DNA of 64,000 bases, taken from an uncultured Bacilli bacterium. Lineage in GTDB: Bacteria > Bacillota_I > Bacilli_A > RF39 > UBA660. The position numbers were made by a program, and so were the translations under genes. The stretch covers positions 13,634 through 77,633 of the forward strand of contig CAKPMC010000001.1 of the NCBI GenBank assembly GCA_934167875.1, read 5' to 3'. Position 1 is the stretch's first letter, and each line of letters starts with the position of its first letter. A model generated the notes under the pieces. That model did no database searches and was not told the origin of the DNA. It saw only the letters and a program-made list of their open reading frames with translations. This document shows, piece after piece, positions 38,763 through 47,800 of this stretch.

Positions 38763-40799
38763 CTACAAAGTAATCAATAATTTATAAACAATCGTCGTTA
38801 TTAAACACATAGTAATTCCACAAATAGTAGGTATAATCATTGCATAAATCATCCATTTAATACTATTAGTTTCTTTTTTTATAGTAAGACACGTAGTAGA
38901 ACATGGAAAATGCATTAATGAAAATAAAATGGTGTTAATAGCAGTAAGTATTGTCCAACCATTATCTATAAATAAAGTTTTAAGTTCTAATATACTATTA
39001 TAATCAGTAATAGTACCAAGTGATAAATAAGACATAATCATAATTGGAATTAGTATTTCATTAGCTGGATATGCAAGAATAAAAGCTGTTATGATAACTC
39101 CATCTAGTCCAATTAACTTTCCAAATGGATCTAAGAAATTATTAATATGCATAAGTATACTAACTCCACTAATATTAATATTAGCAAGTAACCAAATTAT
39201 AGTACCAGCTGGTATAGTAACAATTATCGCTCTACCCAAAACGTGTAAAGTTTTATCAAAAATACTTCTAACTATTACTTTTAATATTTGAGGTTTACGA
39301 TATGGAGGTAATTCTAAAGTAAATGATGAAGGCATACCCTTTAGTAATGTTTTAGATAATAGCCATGATATTAATAATGTCATTCCTACTCCAAGAAGAA
39401 TAAATAATGTAAGTATAACTACTTGGAAAAAGGACATAAATTTACCACTACCAACCATAAATATAGAAATAAGTAAAATAATAGTTGGAAATCTACCATT
39501 ACATGGCACAAAATTATTAGTTAAAATAGCTAGTAATCTTTCTCTTTTAGAATCAATTATTCTAGTTCCAGTAACTCCAACTGCATTACATCCAAAACCC
39601 ATCATCATACAAAGTGCCTGTTTTCCACACGCATTACATTTTTGAAATCCTCTATCTAAATTAAAAGCTATACGTGGTAATACTCCTAAATCTTCTAATA
39701 ATGTAAATAAAGGAAAAAATATAGCCATCGGAGGTAACATTACTGCAACTACCCAAGATAATGTTTTATAAATTCCCCCAACTAATAAATCATTAAGCCA
39801 ACTAGGTAAATGTAACCAACTATTTATACTAACAAAATAATTACTAAGACTAGAAAAAAAATCAAATAATATCTGTGACGGATAATTAGCTCCTGTTATT
39901 GTTAACCAAAAAATAAACATCAATAAAATAATCATAATAGGTATACCTGTTATTCTACTAGTTAATAATCTATCAATTCTTCTACTTCTCTTTTCATAAT
40001 CACAGTTTCCATAACTAATAACATCTTTATTAATTGCTTCTGCCTTATCCATAATTTGACTTACTATATCATCTTTTAAAAGTAAATTATCACTACCTAT
40101 AATTTTATTAATAGTATCATTTTCTTTTAATGAAAAGCCTAAATAATTATCTATTTCCTTATCTAAAAGAAAATCACCCTCTAAAAGCCTAATAGCTAAC
40201 CATCTACTAGATAAATTTTTAATATTTAAAAAAGCTAATTCTGTTTCTAATAGTTTTAACTTTTCCTCTATCTTTTTACTATAACGTACTTTAGTACCAA
40301 TATGTTTAATATTATCAAAATTATCAATAGTATCAAGAAGTTTAGTAATACCCTTCTTCTTTCTAGCTTCTGTTCCAATTACTGGTACACCTAATTTCTT
40401 TTCTAACTTTTCTAAATCAATACAAACTTTCTTTTTTCTAGCTTCATCCATCAAATTACAGCACACAATAACATTAGGGGTTATTTCAAGTATCTGTAAT
40501 ACTAAATTAAGATTTCTCTCTAAACATAAGCTATCACATACAACGATAACCATATCATAATTATCAAAACACAAAAAATTTCTTGTAACTTCTTCTTCAT
40601 CTGAATGTGAAATTAAAGAATAAGTACCTGGTAAATCGATAAGTTCATAAGTATTATCTTTATAAATAAAATTTCCCACTGCCTGACTAACTGTTTTACC
40701 AGGCCAATTACCAGTATGTTGATGCATACCAGTTAAACTATTAAAAATAGTACTCTTACCTACATTAGGATTACCTGCTAACGCAATTCTCTTTTTCAA
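38763..40799 (-). CDS. feoB: Ferrous iron transporter FeoB
   Basis: An N-terminal G-domain (GNPNVGKST) and a C-terminal polytopic membrane domain are present. GGAGGAG precedes the TTG start, which overlaps the feoA stop. Confidence 0.93.
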   Translation of the reverse strand: MKKRIALAGNPNVGKSTIFNSLTGMHQHTGNWPGKTVSQAVGNFIYKDNTYELIDLPGTYSLISHSDEEEVTRNFLCFDNYDMVIVVCDSLCLERNLNLVLQILEITPNVIVCCNLMDEARKKKVCIDLEKLEKKLGVPVIGTEARKKKGITKLLDTIDNFDNIKHIGTKVRYSKKIEEKLKLLETELAFLNIKNLSSRWLAIRLLEGDFLLDKEIDNYLGFSLKENDTINKIIGSDNLLLKDDIVSQIMDKAEAINKDVISYGNCDYEKRSRRIDRLLTSRITGIPIMIILLMFIFWLTITGANYPSQILFDFFSSLSNYFVSINSWLHLPSWLNDLLVGGIYKTLSWVVAVMLPPMAIFFPLFTLLEDLGVLPRIAFNLDRGFQKCNACGKQALCMMMGFGCNAVGVTGTRIIDSKRERLLAILTNNFVPCNGRFPTIILLISIFMVGSGKFMSFFQVVILTLFILLGVGMTLLISWLLSKTLLKGMPSSFTLELPPYRKPQILKVIVRSIFDKTLHVLGRAIIVTIPAGTIIWLLANINISGVSILMHINNFLDPFGKLIGLDGVIITAFILAYPANEILIPIMIMSYLSLGTITDYNSILELKTLFIDNGWTILTAINTILFSLMHFPCSTTCLTIKKETNSIKWMIYAMIIPTICGITMCLITTIVYKLLITL

Positions 40800-41035
40800 T
40801 TTAACTCCTCCACTATAATATTTTTGCTATCATTTTTCCTAATAGCTATTAAACTATTTCTAATTTTATAAGCTATAGGATCATTGAAAGGACTAATTAA
40901 AGTGGCAGTAACTATAGTACCTGGAATCAAACCTATATCAAGAAGTCTTCTACGTATAGAACCAACATTATCTATTTTAATTACTTTAGCACTATTTCCT
41001 ATTTTTAATTTATCTAATGAATATCGTTTTTTCAT
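40796..41035 (-). CDS. feoA: FeoA
   Basis: A 79-aa SH3-like small protein immediately upstream of feoB. AGGAAGGAT precedes the ATG. Confidence 0.85.
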   Translation of the reverse strand: MKKRYSLDKLKIGNSAKVIKIDNVGSIRRRLLDIGLIPGTIVTATLISPFNDPIAYKIRNSLIAIRKNDSKNIIVEELN

Positions 41036-41112
41036 AATATCCTTCCTAACTCTATTTTAATATATGAGTTAAGAATAGATTTGGACAAAAGAAAAAGCTT
41101 CAATATTGAAGC

Positions 41113-41785
41113 TTACTCACTTATTACCATTCCATTTTCATCGAATTTGTAGCCACCTGTAACTTGAGGTTCAGGTGTATTATTAACAGTTTCGGTTTCA
41201 TCATTAATTACAGTACCGTTTTCATCAAATTGGTATTGAGGAATATTTGTAGCTGTAGAATTTTCATCAGTACCATCGCTAATAACTACTCCATTTTCAT
41301 CGAATTTATAATTATTTGTAGTATCTTGAGCAGGTGTACTATTAATAACCTCAGTACCATCATCAATCACAGTACCATTTTTATCGAACTTGTACTGAGA
41401 AGTAGTTGAAGTTTCAGAAACATTATCAACGCCATCACTAATAACAACACCATTCTCATCAAACTTATAATTATTTGTATCTTGAGGTGTAGGATTACTA
41501 TTAACAGTTTCAGTTCCATCACTTATTACGAATCCGTTTTCATCAAATTGATACTTAGGAGTACTAGCAGAATTTTCATTAGTTTCAGTACCATCACTAA
41601 TAACTACACCATTTTCATCGAATTTAAAAATATTAGCTTTATCCTGATTTGTAGCTATTTCAGTACTATATTCATTTTTAAAAGGATTAACAGTCTCTAC
41701 AGGTTCATTACTTACCAAATTTTCTTCAAGACTAGTATTTCCATCAAAAACAACAACTCCATTTTCGTCAAATTTTAAATTTGCC
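41113..41785. repeat. Tandem coding repeats of about 80-90 bp (roughly 8-9 units) inside the 41113-42084 gene
   Basis: Repeated DNA units containing TTCATCGAATTT/TTCATCAAATTG and GTACCATC are visible in this span. The spurious plus-strand ORFs 41164-41409 and 41482-41778 arise from it. Confidence 0.7.
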
Positions 41786-42084
41786 ATAAATGCTTTTCGA
41801 TCATAATCTTTATCAGGTTCTTCTATATTTCTATTTAATGCGTTATTAAATACTTCATATTGATCGTTTTTAAAGCCAAGAAAATCAATATTTTCAATTT
41901 GAACATGATTAAAAGAAATTACCTGTGAAGGTAAAAGTAAACCTTCTGGATAAACACATCCCTTATAATCATACATAGTAACATTTCCATTATATTCAAT
42001 AGAAAAATAGCTAATAACCATTATTTTTTTATTATTGCCTTTCAAAGTACACACAGTACCTATAGGTAAATATTTATTATTCAT
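41113..42084 (-). CDS. DUF4176-like N-terminal domain protein with a C-terminal array of about nine tandem FDENG(V/T)VISDGTE repeats
   Basis: The N-terminal 90 aa (LPIGTVCTLKGNNKKIMVISY...YDYKGCVYPEGLL) resemble DUF4176 proteins found in T7SSb loci. The rest is a visible 25-30-aa repeat (YKFDENGVVISDGTE...). Confidence 0.55.
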   Translation of the reverse strand: MNNKYLPIGTVCTLKGNNKKIMVISYFSIEYNGNVTMYDYKGCVYPEGLLLPSQVISFNHVQIENIDFLGFKNDQYEVFNNALNRNIEEPDKDYDRKAFMANLKFDENGVVVFDGNTSLEENLVSNEPVETVNPFKNEYSTEIATNQDKANIFKFDENGVVISDGTETNENSASTPKYQFDENGFVISDGTETVNSNPTPQDTNNYKFDENGVVISDGVDNVSETSTTSQYKFDKNGTVIDDGTEVINSTPAQDTTNNYKFDENGVVISDGTDENSTATNIPQYQFDENGTVINDETETVNNTPEPQVTGGYKFDENGMVISE

Positions 42085-42149
42085 ATCTAACCTCTCTTTA
42101 TTCTTTTACTAAATTATACAAAAAATATTAATATTTTTCAACACATACT

Positions 42150-42458
42150 TTATATTTTACTAACCCTTTTAGTGATTTCAGTTACTGGTAACACACTAGC
42201 ATATTTTTCTAACTCATCTGATGTTTTAGTAATTATATTTATGCTATTAGTTAAATGGTCTTGTTCATCAATAAGACTATTTTTAGCATTACTTAAATCT
42301 GACTTTATTTGAAGTAATTGTGTTTTATATTTGAAATTACCTGGAATAACAGTAGAATCCATAAGATTAAGTGCTGGAGACAAACTACTAATGCTATCTT
42401 TTAGATTAGGAATGATAGTATTTTGAATCTGTTCTGGATTAAATTCTAATTTAGCCAT
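42150..42458 (-). CDS. Small helical T7SS-associated protein (102 aa)
   Basis: Its start overlaps the upstream stop as TAATG. TGAGGTGAAAG precedes the ATG. Predicted all-helical. Confidence 0.45.
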   Translation of the reverse strand: MAKLEFNPEQIQNTIIPNLKDSISSLSPALNLMDSTVIPGNFKYKTQLLQIKSDLSNAKNSLIDEQDHLTNSINIITKTSDELEKYASVLPVTEITKRVSKI

Positions 42459-42745
42459 TATTCTTTCACCTCATTGATTTTCTGTTCCATGGTATCAGCA
42501 TAATCTAATAAGAACTTGCCATAATTATAAATATTACTTTTTATATTTAAATATTGAAGTTTATCTATTTTAGCAGTCTCTGTAAATAAATTAGCACTAG
42601 CACCAACCCATTCACCAGTAGTAACATTCATATTATTTATGCGAGTAAACATTGTAGTAATAATTTCATTCATTTCTTTTGATAATTCTATTATTTCAGT
42701 ACCACATTCTCTTATTTTAGTTGTATCTATATTTATTTGAGTCAT
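42458..42745 (-). CDS. WXG100 family secreted protein (EsxA-like)
   Basis: At about 95 aa it carries the central WXG motif (TGEWVGASANLF) in a helix-turn-helix-sized protein. AAGAGGTG precedes the ATG (MTQINID). Confidence 0.65.
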   Translation of the reverse strand: MTQINIDTTKIRECGTEIIELSKEMNEIITTMFTRINNMNVTTGEWVGASANLFTETAKIDKLQYLNIKSNIYNYGKFLLDYADTMEQKINEVKE

Positions 42746-42801
42746 AAACACCTCTTATTTTAATAAAAGCTAGTAACAATATGTCCTAGCTTTTATTATC
42801 A

Positions 42802-43296
42802 TTATTTAGTTAAACTAACATTTTTCATTTTATTATTACTTGCAGGTTTGCTAGGTTTAGAAACATTAGGTTTACTAACTGAAGGTTGACTAGGTTTAGA
42901 ATTTGAACTAGGTGTAGGATTACTACTAGAAGAAGAATTTTGATTACTAGCAGCTTGCTGTGCAGCTAATCTAGCAGCTTCTTCCTGAGCCCTACGTTCA
43001 GCTTCTAAACGTTGTTCTTCCTGACTAATAGCATTACTTATATTTCTAATCTTAACTTCAATCTCAGGTAAAATCTGATTAGAAATTAAGTTGCGATCAT
43101 TAACAATAATATTTCTACTATTACTAATAACACCATTATCACCACTATTATCATCAATACTAAAGTATGATTCAATATTAGAACAAACTTCCAATGAATC
43201 TTTACTTTTATCTAAATAATTACAAACCTGTGATAATATATTTTTTAAATTAATATATTGATTTCTTTCATTTCTTAAAGCATTTAAATCTGCCAT
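42802..43296 (-). CDS. Hypothetical T7SS-locus protein with a coiled-coil and a Ser/Pro-rich tail
   Basis: The ORF has an AQEEAARLAAQQAA coiled-coil followed by a SSSSSNPTPSSNSKPSQPS low-complexity C-terminus. Confidence 0.4.
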   Translation of the reverse strand: MADLNALRNERNQYINLKNILSQVCNYLDKSKDSLEVCSNIESYFSIDDNSGDNGVISNSRNIIVNDRNLISNQILPEIEVKIRNISNAISQEEQRLEAERRAQEEAARLAAQQAASNQNSSSSSNPTPSSNSKPSQPSVSKPNVSKPSKPASNNKMKNVSLTK

Positions 43297-43313
43297 AATT
43301 TTAACCTAACAAA

Positions 43314-43763
43314 CTACTTATGTTCAGTATATTTTTCTTTTGAATCAACTGCTGATGCCATATTATCATAATTACTTGCAACACGATTAATATTAGTTTG
43401 ATATGCTTCATAAACATATTGTAACTTATCAGAAAAAGCTAATAAGCCACTAACATAAACTGACCAAGCCTTTCTTACGCCTTCAATATATTTTTTTACC
43501 GCTGCTTGTACTTCATCACTTTTAAAAGCACCATCTGCACCAGCTAATGGATCAATAGCATCAATATTAGATGTAACATTGTCAACATATTGTCTAATAG
43601 CATCCCTCATTGCAGGAATTTTATTAGCATTAATACCAACAACACTATAATCACCTTCAATATAGTTACTTTGAAGTTCATTATCCATACCTCTAGTAAC
43701 ATCAAAATTTCTATCTTTTATTTCATTTCCAGCATTAAAAGCTGCTGCTAAACCCCAAGCCAT
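43314..43763 (-). CDS. Hypothetical T7SS-locus protein (149 aa)
   Basis: The ORF has a strong RBS GAGGAGGAAA and no recognised motif. Confidence 0.45.
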   Translation of the reverse strand: MAWGLAAAFNAGNEIKDRNFDVTRGMDNELQSNYIEGDYSVVGINANKIPAMRDAIRQYVDNVTSNIDAIDPLAGADGAFKSDEVQAAVKKYIEGVRKAWSVYVSGLLAFSDKLQYVYEAYQTNINRVASNYDNMASAVDSKEKYTEHK

Positions 43764-43833
43764 ATATTATTTCCTCCTCACTATAAATCATAATACTAAT
43801 ATTTAAAACCAAAAATATTTTTATTTATAAATT

Positions 43834-44160
43834 TTAACCTTCATAATTATCATATACAATAGAATCAATATTAAAGTAATTATTCATAAGTGTTGTAAGT
43901 TCGGTTTCAAAATTTTTCTTTTGAACATCAATGTTTTTTATTATTTGATTAAGATTTTCTTTAAAATCTTTAATGAAATTATCTCTTGAAACACCTTGCC
44001 AACCATCACTTATAACAGATTCCAAATAAGAATAGCCATCAGTAAGATCACGCCCAGTCCTATTAAAAATCTGATCAGATAGATTATCAATATAACTTTG
44101 CATACCAGCTTTAGATACTCCAATACTAAGATCACCTATGCCTAAATCTTCACCATACAT
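43834..44160 (-). CDS. WXG100-like small protein
   Basis: At 108 aa it carries the central SDGWQGVSRDNF motif. TGGGAGATGA precedes the ATG. Confidence 0.55.
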   Translation of the reverse strand: MYGEDLGIGDLSIGVSKAGMQSYIDNLSDQIFNRTGRDLTDGYSYLESVISDGWQGVSRDNFIKDFKENLNQIIKNIDVQKKNFETELTTLMNNYFNIDSIVYDNYEG

Positions 44161-44488
44161 TTTTATTCATCTCCCATTCTCTACTATTTGCTAAAATATT
44201 ATCAGCAATATTTTCAGCACCAACTTTGTAAGATTGCTTTACTTTAACAAAATCACTTGCATAGCTTAAAATATTTTGATTAATAATTTGATAATATTCT
44301 GCCTGCTTTTTAAAATTACTACAAAAGATTTGATTCACTTCTGAATTAAAATAATTTTTAGAATTATCAACCAAAATTTGAAGTTGATTGAAAATATTAT
44401 TTAACTTATCAGCATATTCAATTATATCTGTAGCCATCCTATCTAAGCCAATTTCATTAACACCACTAACATTATACTGTTCATGCAT
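44150..44488 (-). CDS. Small helical T7SS-associated protein (112 aa), first gene behind the internal promoter
   Basis: The ORF follows a TTGACA-18-TAAAAT promoter, and its stop overlaps the next gene. Confidence 0.45.
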   Translation of the reverse strand: MHEQYNVSGVNEIGLDRMATDIIEYADKLNNIFNQLQILVDNSKNYFNSEVNQIFCSNFKKQAEYYQIINQNILSYASDFVKVKQSYKVGAENIADNILANSREWEMNKNVW

Positions 44489-44527
44489 TATACTATCACC
44501 ATACTATCAAACTTCTATCTTACAATT

Positions 44528-44561
44528 AAATTTTACACATTGTTAAACATAATTGTCAATA
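44528..44561 (-). promoter_or_regulatory. Sigma-A-like promoter (TTGACA-18-TAAAAT) driving the WXG100/small-protein cluster
   Basis: On the minus strand there is a perfect -35 TTGACA (44554-44559), an 18-nt spacer and TAAAAT (44530-44535). It lies between the yukD terminator and the 44488 start. Confidence 0.5.
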
Positions 44562-44565
44562 TATA

Positions 44566-44601
44566 AAAGAAAAAAATGTAAAATTTAATTTTTTTTTACA
44601 T
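44566..44601 (-). terminator. Rho-independent terminator after esaB/yukD
   Basis: On the minus strand a hairpin AUGUAAAA-10-nt loop-UUUUACAU is followed by UUUUUUCUUUU. Confidence 0.55.
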
Positions 44602-44608
44602 TTTTCAA

Positions 44609-44863
44609 CTAAAACAAAACTATTTTACTACCATTTCTAATGTTAGTATCCAAAACTGTTGCATCCATATTATAGGCATTTCCTGTACTAACATCATATA
44701 AATTGGTCTTATTACTAACAGTATAAACACCACCAGTTAGTTCACTAACTGCTTTAGAAAGCAAAATAATTACATTTCCAATCTTTCTATTAATAGGAAG
44801 AAAAACATTATAAGATTCTTCTACTTCTGGAACAATCAACTCTACTAATATTTTATTTTTCAT
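44609..44863 (-). CDS. esaB: EsaB/YukD ubiquitin-like T7SS protein
   Basis: An 84-aa beta-grasp-sized protein (KILVELIVPEVEESYNVFLPINRKIGNVIILL...GSKIVLF). AAGGAAGTGG precedes the ATG, which overlaps the essC 3-prime end by 11 nt. Confidence 0.75.
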   Translation of the reverse strand: MKNKILVELIVPEVEESYNVFLPINRKIGNVIILLSKAVSELTGGVYTVSNKTNLYDVSTGNAYNMDATVLDTNIRNGSKIVLF

Positions 44864-47800
44864 TTTGTTCCACTTCCTTTTCAACTACATGTTTAAATAC
44901 TGTATAATTACCATCATTAATAGCAAAACCCATATAAGGGAAATTTATTTTTCTATCATCCATAGTCAAATTAGGAATATTAAATGCTAACTGACTACCA
45001 ACATCCTCACCTAACCAAATACCATATAAAGAATTAATATTAGATTGATACCATACTTCCAATTGAAGATTTTTATAAGAATCATATGTATCTACTAAAA
45101 TAAAATGAATATTAGTAGCATCACCTATATTTTGAAATAAATGATTTAAAATAGCTTGACCATTCTGTGATAGATATTTTCTTAACATACCAATACCTAA
45201 GAAAACATAATAATAATCATTTCCATTATTTTTACTAGATAAAGCTTCATTATGTATTTGAATTACAGCTTGATCAAAATCTTTTTTATAACATTTAATA
45301 TCATTTTCTTTATCATATGCATTAACAAAATCGCAAATAGAAATATTAGCACCAGCTTTTTTGATTAGTTCTATTATACTAATAACAAAACTCATCCTAT
45401 CATAATTCATACTTCTAGTAACTATAGAATTATAGACAGACATAAAATTATAAGTTATAGGTTGCTTAGTAGCTACATTATATCCAATAGGTATTTTATC
45501 TAAGGTATTATTCTGCTCTAATAGATCTAAAGTAACTACTTTAGGAAGTACTGGTATCTTCCTAGCTCTAGAAGTATAAGCATTATTTAATTGTTTTGAA
45601 ACTTCTCTCATAACATTAGTCATATCTTTACGTGGAGCAAAACTAGCTGTTTGAAATTCATAAGCTGTATCATTCATAGCTATCAAACCTCTACCAAAAA
45701 TCTTAGATGGAAATAATCCTCTTGGTGCATCAACTACTGTCCTATATTCAGTCTCATTTGGTATTTGTAAACATAAACGATTAGCAAAGTTTTGTACCAT
45801 TCTACCTCTAACACCATTAGTTGAAATCGCACTAATAATAAATACTATACCGTATTTAACTCCATCTCTATATAAGTTTTGCACAGCTTCAGATAATTTA
45901 GAAAAGTTTTCCACAAAAATTTCATAACTATTAATCATAGTAACGATAAGAGGTAATTTTTTTCCACTGTTTTGTAGATATTCATTATAACTACCTGCAT
46001 AATCTTTAAATAATTCTTTTCTTCTTTCAATTTCTTCATTAATCATTTCAAAGATATCATAAACTAAATCACTGTTTTCAATAGTAGCCACTTCCCCAAC
46101 ATGAGGAATATTATAAAACATCTTCAATGTCTCACTACCACAATCAATTATATACATATTAACTTCATCTGGAGTATGTTCAGCCATCATAGAGAAAATC
46201 ATTGTAGATAATAAATTTTCTTTACCACTACCAGTCTGTCCATATATTAAAGTATTACCTTTATTAGTTAAATCAACATTTAATATTCCTTGTTCCTGAT
46301 TAGAAGGATTATCATATTCACCAATAACTGGATTTATAACATAAGGAACTGGTTTATAATTATATTTCTTTTTCAAGTTAAATAAATTAATATCACTAGG
46401 TAACGCATCAAGCCATAACTTCTTAGTAACAATATTTTCTCTAGTACTTAAATTATAAATATATTTAACTAAGTTAGTTAACTGTTCACCATAATTAGTA
46501 TCATTATTTTCTTTAACCATATCTTTAATTGTTTTAACTGGATAACCAACATCGTTAACGAAATTAATAGAATCATCTACTTTTTTAATAATTCTATCTG
46601 AAGGAACATATTTAGCCCCACTCCATCCAGATTGTCCAATATCAAAATAATCATTATAACCAACTTGTAAATAAAATCTTCCTGTTTCCTTTATACTAGC
46701 TGCTTCTGGTCTTTTTAACATTTCCATACTATCAGATCTATCTTGAACCTTCAAACAAACTTTAAATTTTGAATTACTCCAAATTTGATCATTTACTACT
46801 CCACTAGGTTTTTGGGTAGCAAGTATCAAGTGAAGTCCTAAACTACGTCCAATACGAGCTGTAGAAATTAATTGTTGCATAAACTCTGGTTGCTGACTTT
46901 TTAATTCTGCAAACTCATCACTAATAATAAATAAATGTGCCATAGGTTCACTAACTGCACCCTCACGATATAATTTTTGATACTTATAAATATCAATAGT
47001 ACCTTCACCTAATTTATCTCTAACCTCATTAAATACTCTTTGTCTTCTCTTAAGTTCTGAATCAATAGATACTAAAGTTCTATTCATTTCAGCTGTATCT
47101 AAGTTAGTAATAGTACCAATTAAATGTGGGATTTTAACTCCTGTTTCTTTATTCTCAAAAGCACCAGCTAAACCACCACCCTTATAATCTATCAAAACAA
47201 ACTGTACTTCATAAGGATGATAATTAACTGCAAGAGATAAAATATAAGTAATTATAAATTCACTTTTTCCACTACCAGTCATACCAGCAATTAAACCATG
47301 TGGACCATGAAATTTCTCATGTAAATCAAGTTTAAACTCTTCACCATTAGCATGTACTCCAACTGGAGTAGCTAAAGATACAACTGGATTATTATTTTGC
47401 CAACGAGATAAGATATTTAATTGTTCTATCTTAGATACTTTCATCATTTCTAAGAAAGCTAATGAATTAGGTAATACCGAAATACCATCTTTAGTAACTA
47501 CTGGTATATTAGCTAACTTATTACTTATTTTTCTCATATCTATATCAAGTGCATATTCATTATTAAATTTAATAATTTCTTTTTGATCTTCTTTTTCAGA
47601 TATAATAGTACCATTCTTTTCTGTTATTTCAATAAATGCATCACATTTACCAGGTAAGTTCTTAATCTTATCACCAATACATAAATAAGAAAATCCATAA
47701 TTAGTAGCTGTCTTTAATAATAAATCAATTATAATAGAATTCTTAGCTAAGTTATAATCATCATTAATAACTAAATAGTAAGGACTATTCTTTTTATAAG

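Noticed and set aside
39091-39291. 66-aa plus-strand ORF inside feoB
   Set aside because: Antisense shadow ORF.
41164-41778. Two plus-strand ORFs (81 and 98 aa) with internally repetitive sequence
   Set aside because: They are reverse-strand readings of the tandem FDENG coding repeats of the 41113-42084 gene. The repetitiveness comes from those DNA repeats, not from an independent gene.
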